Part shown: one piece after another, positions 15,155-22,705 of the stretch
How the letters are laid out: each line of letters opens with the position of its first letter
Position numbering within the stretch: the first letter of the stretch is position 1
Virus record (IMG/VR): IMGVR_UViG_2917413769_000005
Strand: one strand, 5' to 3'
DNA from: a virus
Taxonomy: Duplodnaviria > Heunggongvirae > Uroviricota > Caudoviricetes
DNA: 30,838 nucleotides
The notes under the pieces: model-generated
The model's database searches: none
What the model saw: the letters and a program-made list of their open reading frames with translations, nothing else
Told to the model about the DNA's origin: nothing
Translations under genes and position numbers: made by a program

Positions 15155-16018
15155 TTAATTCTTTTTCTGGCTGGCAGGCTTGCGTTTTATCGCTTTGCCT
15201 GTTGCCGTCTTAGTCGTGGTTTTACGCGCCGTCGCTTTACCTGCTGCGCTGGCGGTGGTGGTCTTTTCAGGAACAGGCTCTGCAGTACCGTCAGTTTTGT
15301 CGGTGCTGGCCGTATCTCCTTCACCCGTGCCGCTATCCGCAGACAGCTTCTTAACTTCACGGGCAAGCGTGGCAATCTCTTTTTTCACCCCGGCGTTGGG
15401 GTTGCGCGTAAGCGCCTCACGGAACAGCGCCAGCGCTTCCACTTTGGTCGTGATATCAGTCGCACCGCGGCGGGCAAGTGCACGGGCCTTGCACAACTTG
15501 GCGCGCACCACATCCGGCATATCACTGTCGGCGACAATTCCCGCCACTTCGTCAAGCACTGCGATACCGGACGACAAATCAGCGTCGGCATCAGCAGCCG
15601 CGAGCGTCAACAGTGGCTTGCTCATTTCTTCGGTCAGGAAGGTCGCTGCCGTGCGGTTGAAGTTATCCGGCAACGTCAGCCCGTGGCGTACTACATAGCG
15701 CCCCAGCCTCAACGCAAGCGCATAGTCACGACAGTCAATCGCCCAGACCATCAGCCTGGTAATGACTTCATCCTGCCGCCCGCTGTCGCCGTCGAGCGTG
15801 CCTTCAATCCATCCCTCATATTCAGGCAGCATGGATTTTTTCATTTCGGCTTTGGTTTCTTCGGACTGCACGCCGCTGAGGCGGGACAAGTCCATACGCA
15901 GGCGATGCAGAATTTGCTCATGCGCGGTGCGCTGGATATCGGATTCTTCATCCGCCTGGCCCCGGCGTTCTGCCATGACCTTCTGAAAATGTCGTTGTGC
16001 CGGTGTTAACATCGTCAC
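15155..16018 (-). CDS. M: terminase small (DNA-recognition) subunit gpM
   Basis: (MT)MLTPAQRHFQKV...MPDVVRAKL...NAGVKKEI plus a basic C-terminal tail, parallel to P2 gpM (MTSPAQRHMMRV...MPDEVRAKL...QAGVKKEI). The start could instead be the ATG at 16012. Confidence 0.85.
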   Translation of the reverse strand: MTMLTPAQRHFQKVMAERRGQADEESDIQRTAHEQILHRLRMDLSRLSGVQSEETKAEMKKSMLPEYEGWIEGTLDGDSGRQDEVITRLMVWAIDCRDYALALRLGRYVVRHGLTLPDNFNRTAATFLTEEMSKPLLTLAAADADADLSSGIAVLDEVAGIVADSDMPDVVRAKLCKARALARRGATDITTKVEALALFREALTRNPNAGVKKEIATLAREVKKLSADSGTGEGDTASTDKTDGTAEPVPEKTTTASAAGKATARKTTTKTATGKAIKRKPASQKKN

Positions 16019-16031
16019 TTCTCCCCGTCAT

Positions 16032-16050
16032 GGCGGGGCAATGCCCCGCC
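16032..16050 (-). other. stem-loop immediately after the capsid gene
   Basis: GGCGGGGCA / TGCCCCGCC perfect 9-nt inverted repeat between the N stop (16058) and the M start. No U-tract is present, so it is more likely an mRNA-stabilising or attenuating hairpin than a full terminator. Confidence 0.45.
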
Positions 16051-16057
16051 GCTTCTG

Positions 16058-17107
16058 TCACTCGCCTGCCGGTTCGGCCTGGGCGAACTGAATGCCGTCA
16101 ATGAACGCAACATTGCCGTAGTCTTCAATGACGAAGTCATCGTTTGAAGATTGATACGTTGCGACACGGTTGTATTCCGGCTCTTCTTTGATCGTCCGGC
16201 GCAGACCGCCACGCTGGTAGTACACCGACAGGTTTTTGAACGGCGTGATCAGCACGCCATTTACCGGGAAGTAAGGCGCGATAAAGGTCGGCATATTGCC
16301 TACGCGCTCCTGCGCGACAATCAACTGACCGGCCAGCATTTCGGTATTCGGGTTGGTCTGGCTTAAGGCGTTGATGGCTGAGAAATTGCTGCTCGTCAGC
16401 AGGTCGCCCGCCAGAATCACCACGTTATCCGGGTTACGTTTGTGCCATTCATCCATCAGGCTGTTTTTGGCGTCGTACACCGCAGCGCCAATGTTGCCGT
16501 AGGTGCCTTTTGCGACAACCTTGTTATCTTCATCGCGCGAGGTGATCGTCACATTGGAAATGACGCGGTGCGGCGCTTCCTGGCGGATCTTTTCCAGCCA
16601 GCCAATGCCACAGTCCTGCAACAGCGGGTTAGCGGCACGGTCAGACGGATCGCTGTACTTAACGCCGTTAAAGCCAATCATGATGCGGTCAAGCGACATC
16701 TGGCGGGCCATTGCCTTGCTGATCAGCGGCTGGAACTCCGGCATATGCGCCCACGCATCAAGCTGTTCATAACTGATGCCGTAGTCATAGTTGACCTTGC
16801 GACACATGTAGTCGAACGGCTCCATTGAATGATTTGAGCCAGGGTTGCGACGACTGGTGACGCTGTTGTTTACGCCAGCCATCGGGCCTTTACTGCCGAT
16901 CAGGACTTTCTGGCCGATCTGCTGGTTGACGCCAAACACGTTAATTTTGCTCAGGAAGGAATCATTCTCCTGTGCGGCCTGCTCCAGGCGCTGCTGACGC
17001 GTCGGGTCTACAGCGAATTTTGCAGCAATAGCGGCGGTGGAAACGCCGTTGAGCTGTGCCTGCCGGGCGATGTACTGATCAAATAGCTGGCGGGTATTGT
17101 TATCCAT
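16058..17107 (-). CDS. N: major capsid protein gpN
   Basis: 349 aa in the P2 N position between the scaffold and small terminase genes. Sequence features such as FAVDPTRQQRLE...NPGSNHSMEPFDYMCRKVNYD are consistent with the P2 capsid family. Confidence 0.85.
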   Translation of the reverse strand: MDNNTRQLFDQYIARQAQLNGVSTAAIAAKFAVDPTRQQRLEQAAQENDSFLSKINVFGVNQQIGQKVLIGSKGPMAGVNNSVTSRRNPGSNHSMEPFDYMCRKVNYDYGISYEQLDAWAHMPEFQPLISKAMARQMSLDRIMIGFNGVKYSDPSDRAANPLLQDCGIGWLEKIRQEAPHRVISNVTITSRDEDNKVVAKGTYGNIGAAVYDAKNSLMDEWHKRNPDNVVILAGDLLTSSNFSAINALSQTNPNTEMLAGQLIVAQERVGNMPTFIAPYFPVNGVLITPFKNLSVYYQRGGLRRTIKEEPEYNRVATYQSSNDDFVIEDYGNVAFIDGIQFAQAEPAGE

Positions 17108-17130
17108 GTTCTCTGCTCTCTTTGTGAATA

Positions 17131-17967
17131 TCAGTAATCAGCCAGTTGCGCGTTAGCGCCACCGCTCGCGGGTTCCCGCTGGCTGAAATTGGCGTCTGTG
17201 CTTCCCAGCTTGCTGGTCAGCGCGGCAAGATCGGAGGTCAGCTTCTGGATGGCCTGGCTGTCCTGTTCGCGAGCGCGGCTCAGGTCGTTGAAGCTGTCCA
17301 GCAGATCGGCATGGGATTGGGCGACGTTCTCCACGGCGTCACGCACCTGGCTGAACTGCTCACCGTCAGATTTACGGCCTTTGCCGATAATCCCCATGAC
17401 GCGCCCGAACCACTGTTTACCTTCATCGCTGCGCTGCTCAGCCAGTTCGATAATTTCTGCCTCAATGGCATCGGTGAACAGCGGGGCTTCGCCCTGCTGA
17501 TTGTTGAATGACATAACCTGCTGACGCTGCTGCGCGGCAAATTTCAGGCGCTCGGTGCCGAGGCTTGCCGGGGTATCGGTCATCGCCAGCCCCATCACAT
17601 ACGCCTTGCCGTTAAGCGCAAACTGCGGGTGCAGTTCAATGCTGGAGTAAATTTTCTTGCCTTCATCCGTCAGCTTCTTCATGCGCTCAGAAGGTTCAAT
17701 TTCGGCGTAAAGCGCGGTGCGTCCGGCGAGCGGGCCTTCGCTGATATCTTCAGCACTCAGCGCCGTCACATCCCCCATAGCGCCGAAATCACTGCCGGGG
17801 AAAGGCGAAAGATAGTGCTCCACGTTGACGCGTGCGCCGTACACGTCCGGGCTGTAGTTTGCTGCTGCATCACGAAGGTGCTCAGGGCGAATCTCACGCC
17901 CGTCAACGGTGGCACCGGAGACAGCAACGCGGAATTTCTTACGGGCTGGTTTAGCTGCGCTAGCCAT
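17131..17967 (-). CDS. O: capsid scaffolding protein gpO
   Basis: MASAAKPARKKFRVAVSGATVDGREI...YGARVNVEH...GLAMTDTPASLGTERLKF parallels P2 gpO (MAKKVSKFFRIGVEGDTCDGRVI...YGCRINLEH...GLAVTDDPASLGTEYLEF). Start moved to the ATG at 17967. Confidence 0.85.
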   Translation of the reverse strand: MASAAKPARKKFRVAVSGATVDGREIRPEHLRDAAANYSPDVYGARVNVEHYLSPFPGSDFGAMGDVTALSAEDISEGPLAGRTALYAEIEPSERMKKLTDEGKKIYSSIELHPQFALNGKAYVMGLAMTDTPASLGTERLKFAAQQRQQVMSFNNQQGEAPLFTDAIEAEIIELAEQRSDEGKQWFGRVMGIIGKGRKSDGEQFSQVRDAVENVAQSHADLLDSFNDLSRAREQDSQAIQKLTSDLAALTSKLGSTDANFSQREPASGGANAQLADY

Positions 17968-18034
17968 GTCGATAATCCTGTTGAGTGGTTTCTGTACGGC
18001 CATGATGGCAGAGCGTAACTTGCTGTCTCAACGA

Positions 18035-18108
18035 GGTTTTGTTGTCGGAGGAGGGCCAGACCATAAAGGGGGCGATAGCGGGATCGCGCGCGGGGTAATC
18101 TTCACTCC
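18035..18108 (+). promoter_or_regulatory. candidate Ogr-dependent late promoter for P-Q (PP-like), possibly shared with divergent O operon
   Basis: GGTTTTGTTGTCGGAGGAGGGCCAGACC (18035-18062) contains TGT-N12-AGA (18043-18060). The -10-like TAATCT at 18096-18101 puts the box centre near -56. It is near-identical to the box at 1988-2016. Confidence 0.5.
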
Positions 18109-18126
18109 ATAAACGGTGGAGGGCAG

Positions 18127-19857
18127 ATGATACAGGACGCTTTTGTACGTCAGAGGGCAAAACAACTTTACTGGCAGGGCTACCCGCCAGCGGAGATCGC
18201 ACGCCTGATGGGGATTAATCAGAACACAATTTACGCCTGGAAGAAACGCGATGAATGGGATGAAACGCCACCCGTCCAGCGCGTCAGCCAGTCTATGGAT
18301 GCCCGCCTCATCCAGCTTACGGACAAAAAAGACAAGACCGGGGGAGATTTCAAGGAGATTGACCTGCTGACCCGGCAACTGAAAAAGCTGTCTGACGGAC
18401 AACCGGCAGGGGCTGGCACGGGCAAAAAGCCGCGCAAGCGCAAGCTGAAAAATCACTTCACCGAAGAACAGATCGTCGCGCTGCGGGAGAAAATACTTGA
18501 TTCGCTTTCGTGGCATCAACGCGGATGGTATGAGCAACGCCACCACCGAAACCGCATGATACTGAAGTCCCGCCAGATTGGCGCAACCTGGTACTTTGCA
18601 CGCGAGGCGTTGCTTGATGCGCTGCGCGACGATGTGAAATACCCGTACCAGCGCAACCAGATATTTTTGTCTGCATCCCGCCGACAGGCGCACCAGTTCA
18701 GGGGATTCATTCAGAAGATGGCGGAAGAGGTGGACGTTGAGCTTAAGGGCGGTGACAAAATCGTACTGAGTAACGGCGCAGAACTGCATTTCCTCGGCAC
18801 GTCCGCTGCAACGGCGCAGTCATATACGGGCAACCTGAAGTTTGACGAATTCTTCTGGGTCAGCAACTTCACCAACCTGCGAAAGGTTGCGGGGGCGATG
18901 GCAACGCTGAAGGGGCTGACACGTACTTACTTTTCCACACCGTCAGGCGAGACCCATGAGGCTTACCCGTTCTGGACGGGCGATCGCTGGAATGAGAAAC
19001 GCCCGAAGGCACAGCGCAAAGCGTTTGATGTGGGCTGGAAAACGCTGAACAGCGGCCTGCTATGCCCGGATAAAACCTGGCGTCAGATTGTCACCCTGAA
19101 GGATGTGATAGACCACGGCTGGGAGTATACCGATCTTGAAGAAATTCAGGATGAAAACAGTGAGGATGAATTCCGCAACCTGTACATGTGCGAGTTCGTG
19201 CGCGATGGCGAGTCAGCCTTCAACCTTAACGCCCTGATTGGCTGCGGGGCAGATGGTTACGACGAATGGCCGGACTGGAAACCTTTTGCGTCCAGGCCGA
19301 TGGGTAACCGCCCGGTGTGGATAGGTTATGACGCCAACGGCAGCAGCGGCAACGGTGACAGCGGCGCGATTTGCGTTGTGGTGCCGCCACTGGTGCCGGG
19401 CGGTAAATTCCGCACGGTGGAAACGGAACAGGTGCGCGGCCTTGAATTTGAAGAGCAGGCGAAAGTTATCGAAAACTTCACCTTCAAATACAACGTGCAG
19501 CATGTCGGCATCGACGTGACGGGCGGTAACGGTGAGGCCGTTTACCAGATAGTGAAGAAGTTCTTCCCGATGGCAATGCCCTACACCATGTCAATGACGT
19601 CAAAGCGCGCCCTGGTGCTGAAAATGCTACAGCTGATCCGCGCCGGTCGCTGGGAATATGATCGCAGTGAGCGCGCCCTGATCAACGCCTTTAACTCTGT
19701 TCGCAAGGTAAAGACGCCTGGCGGATTCATCACCTATGACACTGACCGCTCGCGCGGCGTCAGCCACGGTGATTTAGCCTGGGCGAATATGCTCGCCATT
19801 ATTAACGAACCGCTGGGCCAGGAGAGTGGCAGCGGCGGGTTTGCTATGGAGTTCTGA
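18127..19857 (+). CDS. P: terminase large (ATPase/nuclease) subunit gpP
   Basis: 576 aa. The N-terminal QRAKQLYWQGYPPAEIARLMG...AWKKRDEWDE HTH-like segment is followed by ILKSRQIGATWYFAREAL (Walker-A-like region), as in P2 gpP. GGAGGG SD lies upstream. Confidence 0.9.
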   Translation: MIQDAFVRQRAKQLYWQGYPPAEIARLMGINQNTIYAWKKRDEWDETPPVQRVSQSMDARLIQLTDKKDKTGGDFKEIDLLTRQLKKLSDGQPAGAGTGKKPRKRKLKNHFTEEQIVALREKILDSLSWHQRGWYEQRHHRNRMILKSRQIGATWYFAREALLDALRDDVKYPYQRNQIFLSASRRQAHQFRGFIQKMAEEVDVELKGGDKIVLSNGAELHFLGTSAATAQSYTGNLKFDEFFWVSNFTNLRKVAGAMATLKGLTRTYFSTPSGETHEAYPFWTGDRWNEKRPKAQRKAFDVGWKTLNSGLLCPDKTWRQIVTLKDVIDHGWEYTDLEEIQDENSEDEFRNLYMCEFVRDGESAFNLNALIGCGADGYDEWPDWKPFASRPMGNRPVWIGYDANGSSGNGDSGAICVVVPPLVPGGKFRTVETEQVRGLEFEEQAKVIENFTFKYNVQHVGIDVTGGNGEAVYQIVKKFFPMAMPYTMSMTSKRALVLKMLQLIRAGRWEYDRSERALINAFNSVRKVKTPGGFITYDTDRSRGVSHGDLAWANMLAIINEPLGQESGSGGFAMEF

Positions 19858-20915
19858 TGAAGAAGCGCACCTACAAAAACAAACACACCGCCAGCAGTGG
19901 CAGTGCCGGACAGCCTGATATCTCTGACGCGCTCAGAAGCGATCCGGCGCTCAGCGCCTTCACGTTTGACGGGCCATATTCGGTAACAGACGGCTATGAT
20001 CTGCTGGACAGCATGTGCTGCGTCGATAACGGCCGGTACTACGAGACGCCAATAGACTGGAAGGGGTTAACCCGTGCGTTCGCACAGTCCCCACTGCATC
20101 AGTCGGCGCTTTACTTCAAACGCAATGTGCTGACCGGGTGCTATATCCCTCATCCGTTACTCTCGCGGCAGGCCTTCTCTGCGTTTGCGCTGGACTGGTT
20201 TGTCTTCGGCAATGCCTATCTTGAGCGTCGGTCTAATCGCCTGGGAGAGCCGCTAAAACTTAAGCATGTTCCGGCGCTGAACACGCGACGGGGAAGCGAT
20301 CTTGATACCTACTGGTTTATCCGGCAGTGGAAAGATGAATATGAGTTCAAGGCGGGCGAGGTCTGCCACATCATGAACCCGGACATTCATCAGGAAATCT
20401 ACGGTATGCCGGAATACATGGGGGCGCTTCTGTCCGCCAGCCTGTCACATTCCGCCGATAAATTCCGCAAACTCTATTACGACAACGGCTCCCATGCCGG
20501 ATGCATTCTCTATGTCGGTTCGGAGAAGGTGGATCAGGAAAGCATAAAGGTGGTGCAAAAAACGCTGTCACAGGCCAGAGGGAAAGGCTCCTTCAAAAAC
20601 GTGCTGATCCACGCGCCGGGTGGCGGCAAAGACGGCGTGCAACTGTTGCCGTTCAGCCAGATATCGGCAAAGGATGAGTTTCTTAACATCAAATCAGCAA
20701 CGCGCAACGATTTGCGCGACGCTCACCGCATCCCGCCGCAACTGATGGGCGCAATGCCGGAAGGCAACGGATCGCTCGGTGATGTTGAGAAGGCTGCGCG
20801 TGTCTTCGCCATCAACGAAATGTTGCCCGTGATGGAAGCAATGAAGGGCGTCAATGACTGGCTCGGTCAGGAAGTGATCCGCTTTAATCCCTACGCTCTA
20901 CTCAAAGACGAGTGA
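19857..20915 (+). CDS. Q: portal protein gpQ
   Basis: 352 aa, translationally coupled to P (TGATGA). It is in the P2 Q position next to the cos region, and its length and composition are consistent with the P2 portal family. Confidence 0.85.
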   Translation: MKKRTYKNKHTASSGSAGQPDISDALRSDPALSAFTFDGPYSVTDGYDLLDSMCCVDNGRYYETPIDWKGLTRAFAQSPLHQSALYFKRNVLTGCYIPHPLLSRQAFSAFALDWFVFGNAYLERRSNRLGEPLKLKHVPALNTRRGSDLDTYWFIRQWKDEYEFKAGEVCHIMNPDIHQEIYGMPEYMGALLSASLSHSADKFRKLYYDNGSHAGCILYVGSEKVDQESIKVVQKTLSQARGKGSFKNVLIHAPGGGKDGVQLLPFSQISAKDEFLNIKSATRNDLRDAHRIPPQLMGAMPEGNGSLGDVEKAARVFAINEMLPVMEAMKGVNDWLGQEVIRFNPYALLKDE

Positions 20916-20925
20916 CCCGCCCCAC

Positions 20926-20960
20926 CCGCCGCACATCCTGCGGCGGTTCTCCTTCAGTTA
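20926..20960 (+). terminator. rho-independent terminator after Q
   Basis: CCGCCGCA (20926-20933), a CATCC loop, then TGCGGCGG (20939-20946), followed by a T-rich TTCTCCTTCAGTTATTTTC tail. Confidence 0.6.
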
Positions 20961-21167
20961 TTTTCAATTCCCGTATGACCGGCCACCACCTGAGCACCAC
21001 TCAGCACAACCTTAACCCCCCTCACTCAGAGCGCATTAGCGCCACTCTGGCAGGCGCAATCTGCATTTTACCCCGAACACATCCAGAAGTGAGAAAAACG
21101 CGCGGAGAAGGCGAAAAAGGCCGGAGAATGGCAATTAAAGGCATCACCTCCCGACCCTCCGTCGCGT

Positions 21168-21186
21168 GGGCTGTTCCCCCGTCACC
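21168..21186. other. candidate cos cohesive-end sequence
   Basis: The reverse complement GGTGACGGGGGAACAGCCC resembles the recalled P2 19-nt cohesive end GGCGAGGCGGGGAAAGCAC (about 13/19 ungapped). It lies about 255 nt past the Q stop, similar to the P2 cos-Q distance. This rests on memory only and was not searched. Confidence 0.35.
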
Positions 21187-21282
21187 TGCGCGCGACATTT
21201 GCTTCGTTTTTTGTGCATTTCCCGATCTGGGGGCAGACCGCGCCACCACAGGGCGGAAAGGTCATAAACAGCATCAAAAAAA

Positions 21283-21309
21283 TTGTGCAAATTTGTGCAC
21301 TATTGTGCG
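21283..21309. repeat. three helically phased TTGTGC(A/G) direct repeats near cos
   Basis: TTGTGCA at 21283 and 21293 and TTGTGCG at 21303, spaced exactly 10 bp apart. A fourth TTGTGCA lies at 21211-21217. Confidence 0.6.
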
Positions 21310-21366
21310 ACAGAGAAAGAAGGCCCGGAGGGAAGAAAAGCCGCCTTTAAAAGACAGCTTCTCATG

Positions 21367-21750
21367 TCAGTGGGGATTGATGGATAGTCGGCGCAAAACA
21401 GCAGCAACATCGCCACTGCTTAATGAACCCGTCGCTGCGGATACGGTCAGTTCTTCCAGTTCATTACCTTCATCACGGATATCAATACCATTGCGCTTTA
21501 AAAAAGCCATCGCAACGAAAAAGGCGGTTCGCTTATTGCCGTCATTGAAGATATGACCACGCGAAATGGCGACGAGATACATCGCAGCGAGTTCGTGAAT
21601 ATCCTCAACGCCTTCATAGTAAAGCTGGTTCTGAACACGATAAATGATCGCCTCTGCTCTTCCCGGTTCTGGCATCCCCTGAACGCCGGGCAAAGCTGCA
21701 AGCAGACGATCATGAAACGCTATCACCTCCTGAGCGCTGATCCATTTCAT
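21367..21750 (-). CDS. doc: Doc toxin (Fic-fold kinase, death-on-curing family)
   Basis: 127 aa with HIFNDGNKRTAF, matching the Doc variant of the Fic motif H-x-F-x-[DE]-[AG]-N-K-R. It is coupled to the upstream antitoxin gene by an ATGA overlap. Confidence 0.85.
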   Translation of the reverse strand: MKWISAQEVIAFHDRLLAALPGVQGMPEPGRAEAIIYRVQNQLYYEGVEDIHELAAMYLVAISRGHIFNDGNKRTAFFVAMAFLKRNGIDIRDEGNELEELTVSAATGSLSSGDVAAVLRRLSINPH

Positions 21751-21968
21751 CTGTCAGCCAGCGCCTTAATGGTACGACCGTGTCGCCCCATAATTTCAGC
21801 AAATTCAGCATCCAGTTTTGCTTCCTGCCACGCATTGAAATCATCCCGGCTGATAAGCACAGCGGCAGAGCCATCGCGGCGGGTAATTTCTACAGGCTCG
21901 CCAGCCGTAGCCGCCTCCATTACCTCAGCAATATTTTGCCGGGCCTGAGATGTGGTATAGGTTCGCAT
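21747..21968 (-). CDS. phd: Phd/YefM-family antitoxin
   Basis: MRTYTTSQARQNIAEVMEAATAGEPVEITRRDGSAAVLISRDDF... is a typical Phd/YefM N-terminal fold signature. AGGAGG SD lies 6 nt upstream of the ATG at 21968; the ORF-track start at 21989 is too long. Confidence 0.85.
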   Translation of the reverse strand: MRTYTTSQARQNIAEVMEAATAGEPVEITRRDGSAAVLISRDDFNAWQEAKLDAEFAEIMGRHGRTIKALADR

Positions 21969-21977
21969 ATAACCTCC

Positions 21978-22006
21978 TTTGATGTACATATTAAATGTAC
22001 ATCAAA
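21978..22006. promoter_or_regulatory. palindromic operator overlapping the phd-doc promoter
   Basis: Perfect 12-bp inverted repeat TTTGATGTACAT (21978-21989), ATTAA spacer, ATGTACATCAAA (21995-22006). Each arm holds a TGTACA core. On the minus strand it overlaps a TAATAT -10 with TTGTAC/TTGCTT -35 candidates. Confidence 0.65.
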
Positions 22007-22054
22007 AACGTACAACAAGCAACGCTATCACCTGAGCCAGACCTATTTGCATTA

Positions 22055-22073
22055 AGCGCCACGTTGTGGCGCT
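22055..22073. other. perfect 8-bp hairpin (AGCGCCAC-GTT-GTGGCGCT)
   Basis: Read directly from the sequence. It lies between the zinc-ribbon ORF and the phd promoter, and no clear U-tract is present on either strand. Confidence 0.5.
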
Positions 22074-22102
22074 AGCGGACTCTTTGCCGCCCGCGCCCGC
22101 AG

Positions 22103-22146
22103 AATCGTTATAACCTGCGCAACAAGTTGCGAAGGCTATAACGATT
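22103..22146. other. long imperfect hairpin (about 21 bp, 2 mismatches)
   Basis: AATCGTTATAACCTGCGCAAC (22103-22123) pairs with GTTGCGAAGGCTATAACGATT (22126-22146). It lies about 50 nt downstream of the early-operon last ORF (stop at 22196). Confidence 0.5.
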
Positions 22147-22195
22147 GCCATTTGATTCTTTTCCAGTGGTCTTACACACCTGAGATAAACCCATC

Positions 22196-22705
22196 TCAGA
22201 AAACTGGATTAATTTTGCGGTGGTAGAGCACTTCCCACAGAAGCGATATCAACTCTTCCTGCCTGATATCCACGGCTTCACTGGCGTCATATTTAGCCAT
22301 CAGCTCATTGATTCGCTCAACAGACAATGGCCCTGCGGAATTTACCGCTGATCGGGAAGATGGGAGACAGCTTTCTTCAGGCGGATGCTCTTCACGCCAT
22401 TTCTTTGCCGCCCTCTCATTCATCAACTGCCATTCGGGATATCGGTTAAATAGCTCACGCTCGGTACTGGTTCGCGCATCATGGCCTTCATCTGCCAGCC
22501 GCGCTGGTTCTGGCTCGCAGCTTTCAGACAAAGCAATATCGTCGGGAGCGTCAAACGGTTTTAACCCCTTGCAGGTGCAGCAAATGCGATCATTAAAATA
22601 ATACTTTTCCTTGTAGTGCAGCTCGTTACCACACTTACGGCATCGCTTAATTTTGTTACTGATGAAATCAATTACTTCCTGCTCTCGCTGTTCTTCGTCA
22701 AACAT
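22196..22705 (-). CDS. hypothetical zinc-ribbon protein (169 aa) in the old/tin-equivalent accessory slot
   Basis: MFDEEQREQEVIDFISNKIKRCRKCGNELHYKEKYYFNDRICCTCKG has a C-x2-C...C-C-x-C ribbon, followed by an acidic/charged 120-aa region. The start at 22705 overlaps the last 34 nt of gpA. I recognise no family for it. Confidence 0.6.
   Translation of the reverse strand: MFDEEQREQEVIDFISNKIKRCRKCGNELHYKEKYYFNDRICCTCKGLKPFDAPDDIALSESCEPEPARLADEGHDARTSTERELFNRYPEWQLMNERAAKKWREEHPPEESCLPSSRSAVNSAGPLSVERINELMAKYDASEAVDIRQEELISLLWEVLYHRKINPVF

Noticed and set aside
15180-15698. 172-aa plus-strand ORF opposite gpM
   Set aside because: It is an antisense shadow of the Ala/Thr/Lys-rich C-terminal tail of gpM and has a low-complexity Ala/Ser/Val composition.
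18028-18789. 253-aa minus-strand ORF opposite the terminase large subunit gene
   Set aside because: It is antisense to a strongly supported gene (gpP) and would run through the O/P divergent promoter region. No family features are present.
20912-21556. 214-aa plus-strand ORF spanning the Q-doc gap
   Set aside because: It covers the Q terminator, the putative cos region and the phased repeats, then runs antisense into doc. Its composition is Arg/Pro/Ser-rich. The region is better explained as non-coding packaging DNA.
22037-22043. Third intergenic copy of CCAGACC upstream of phd
   Set aside because: Only the 7-mer half is present, with no TGT at the N12 distance, and the same 7-mer also occurs inside FI (around 2312). 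This is not enough to call a late-promoter box.
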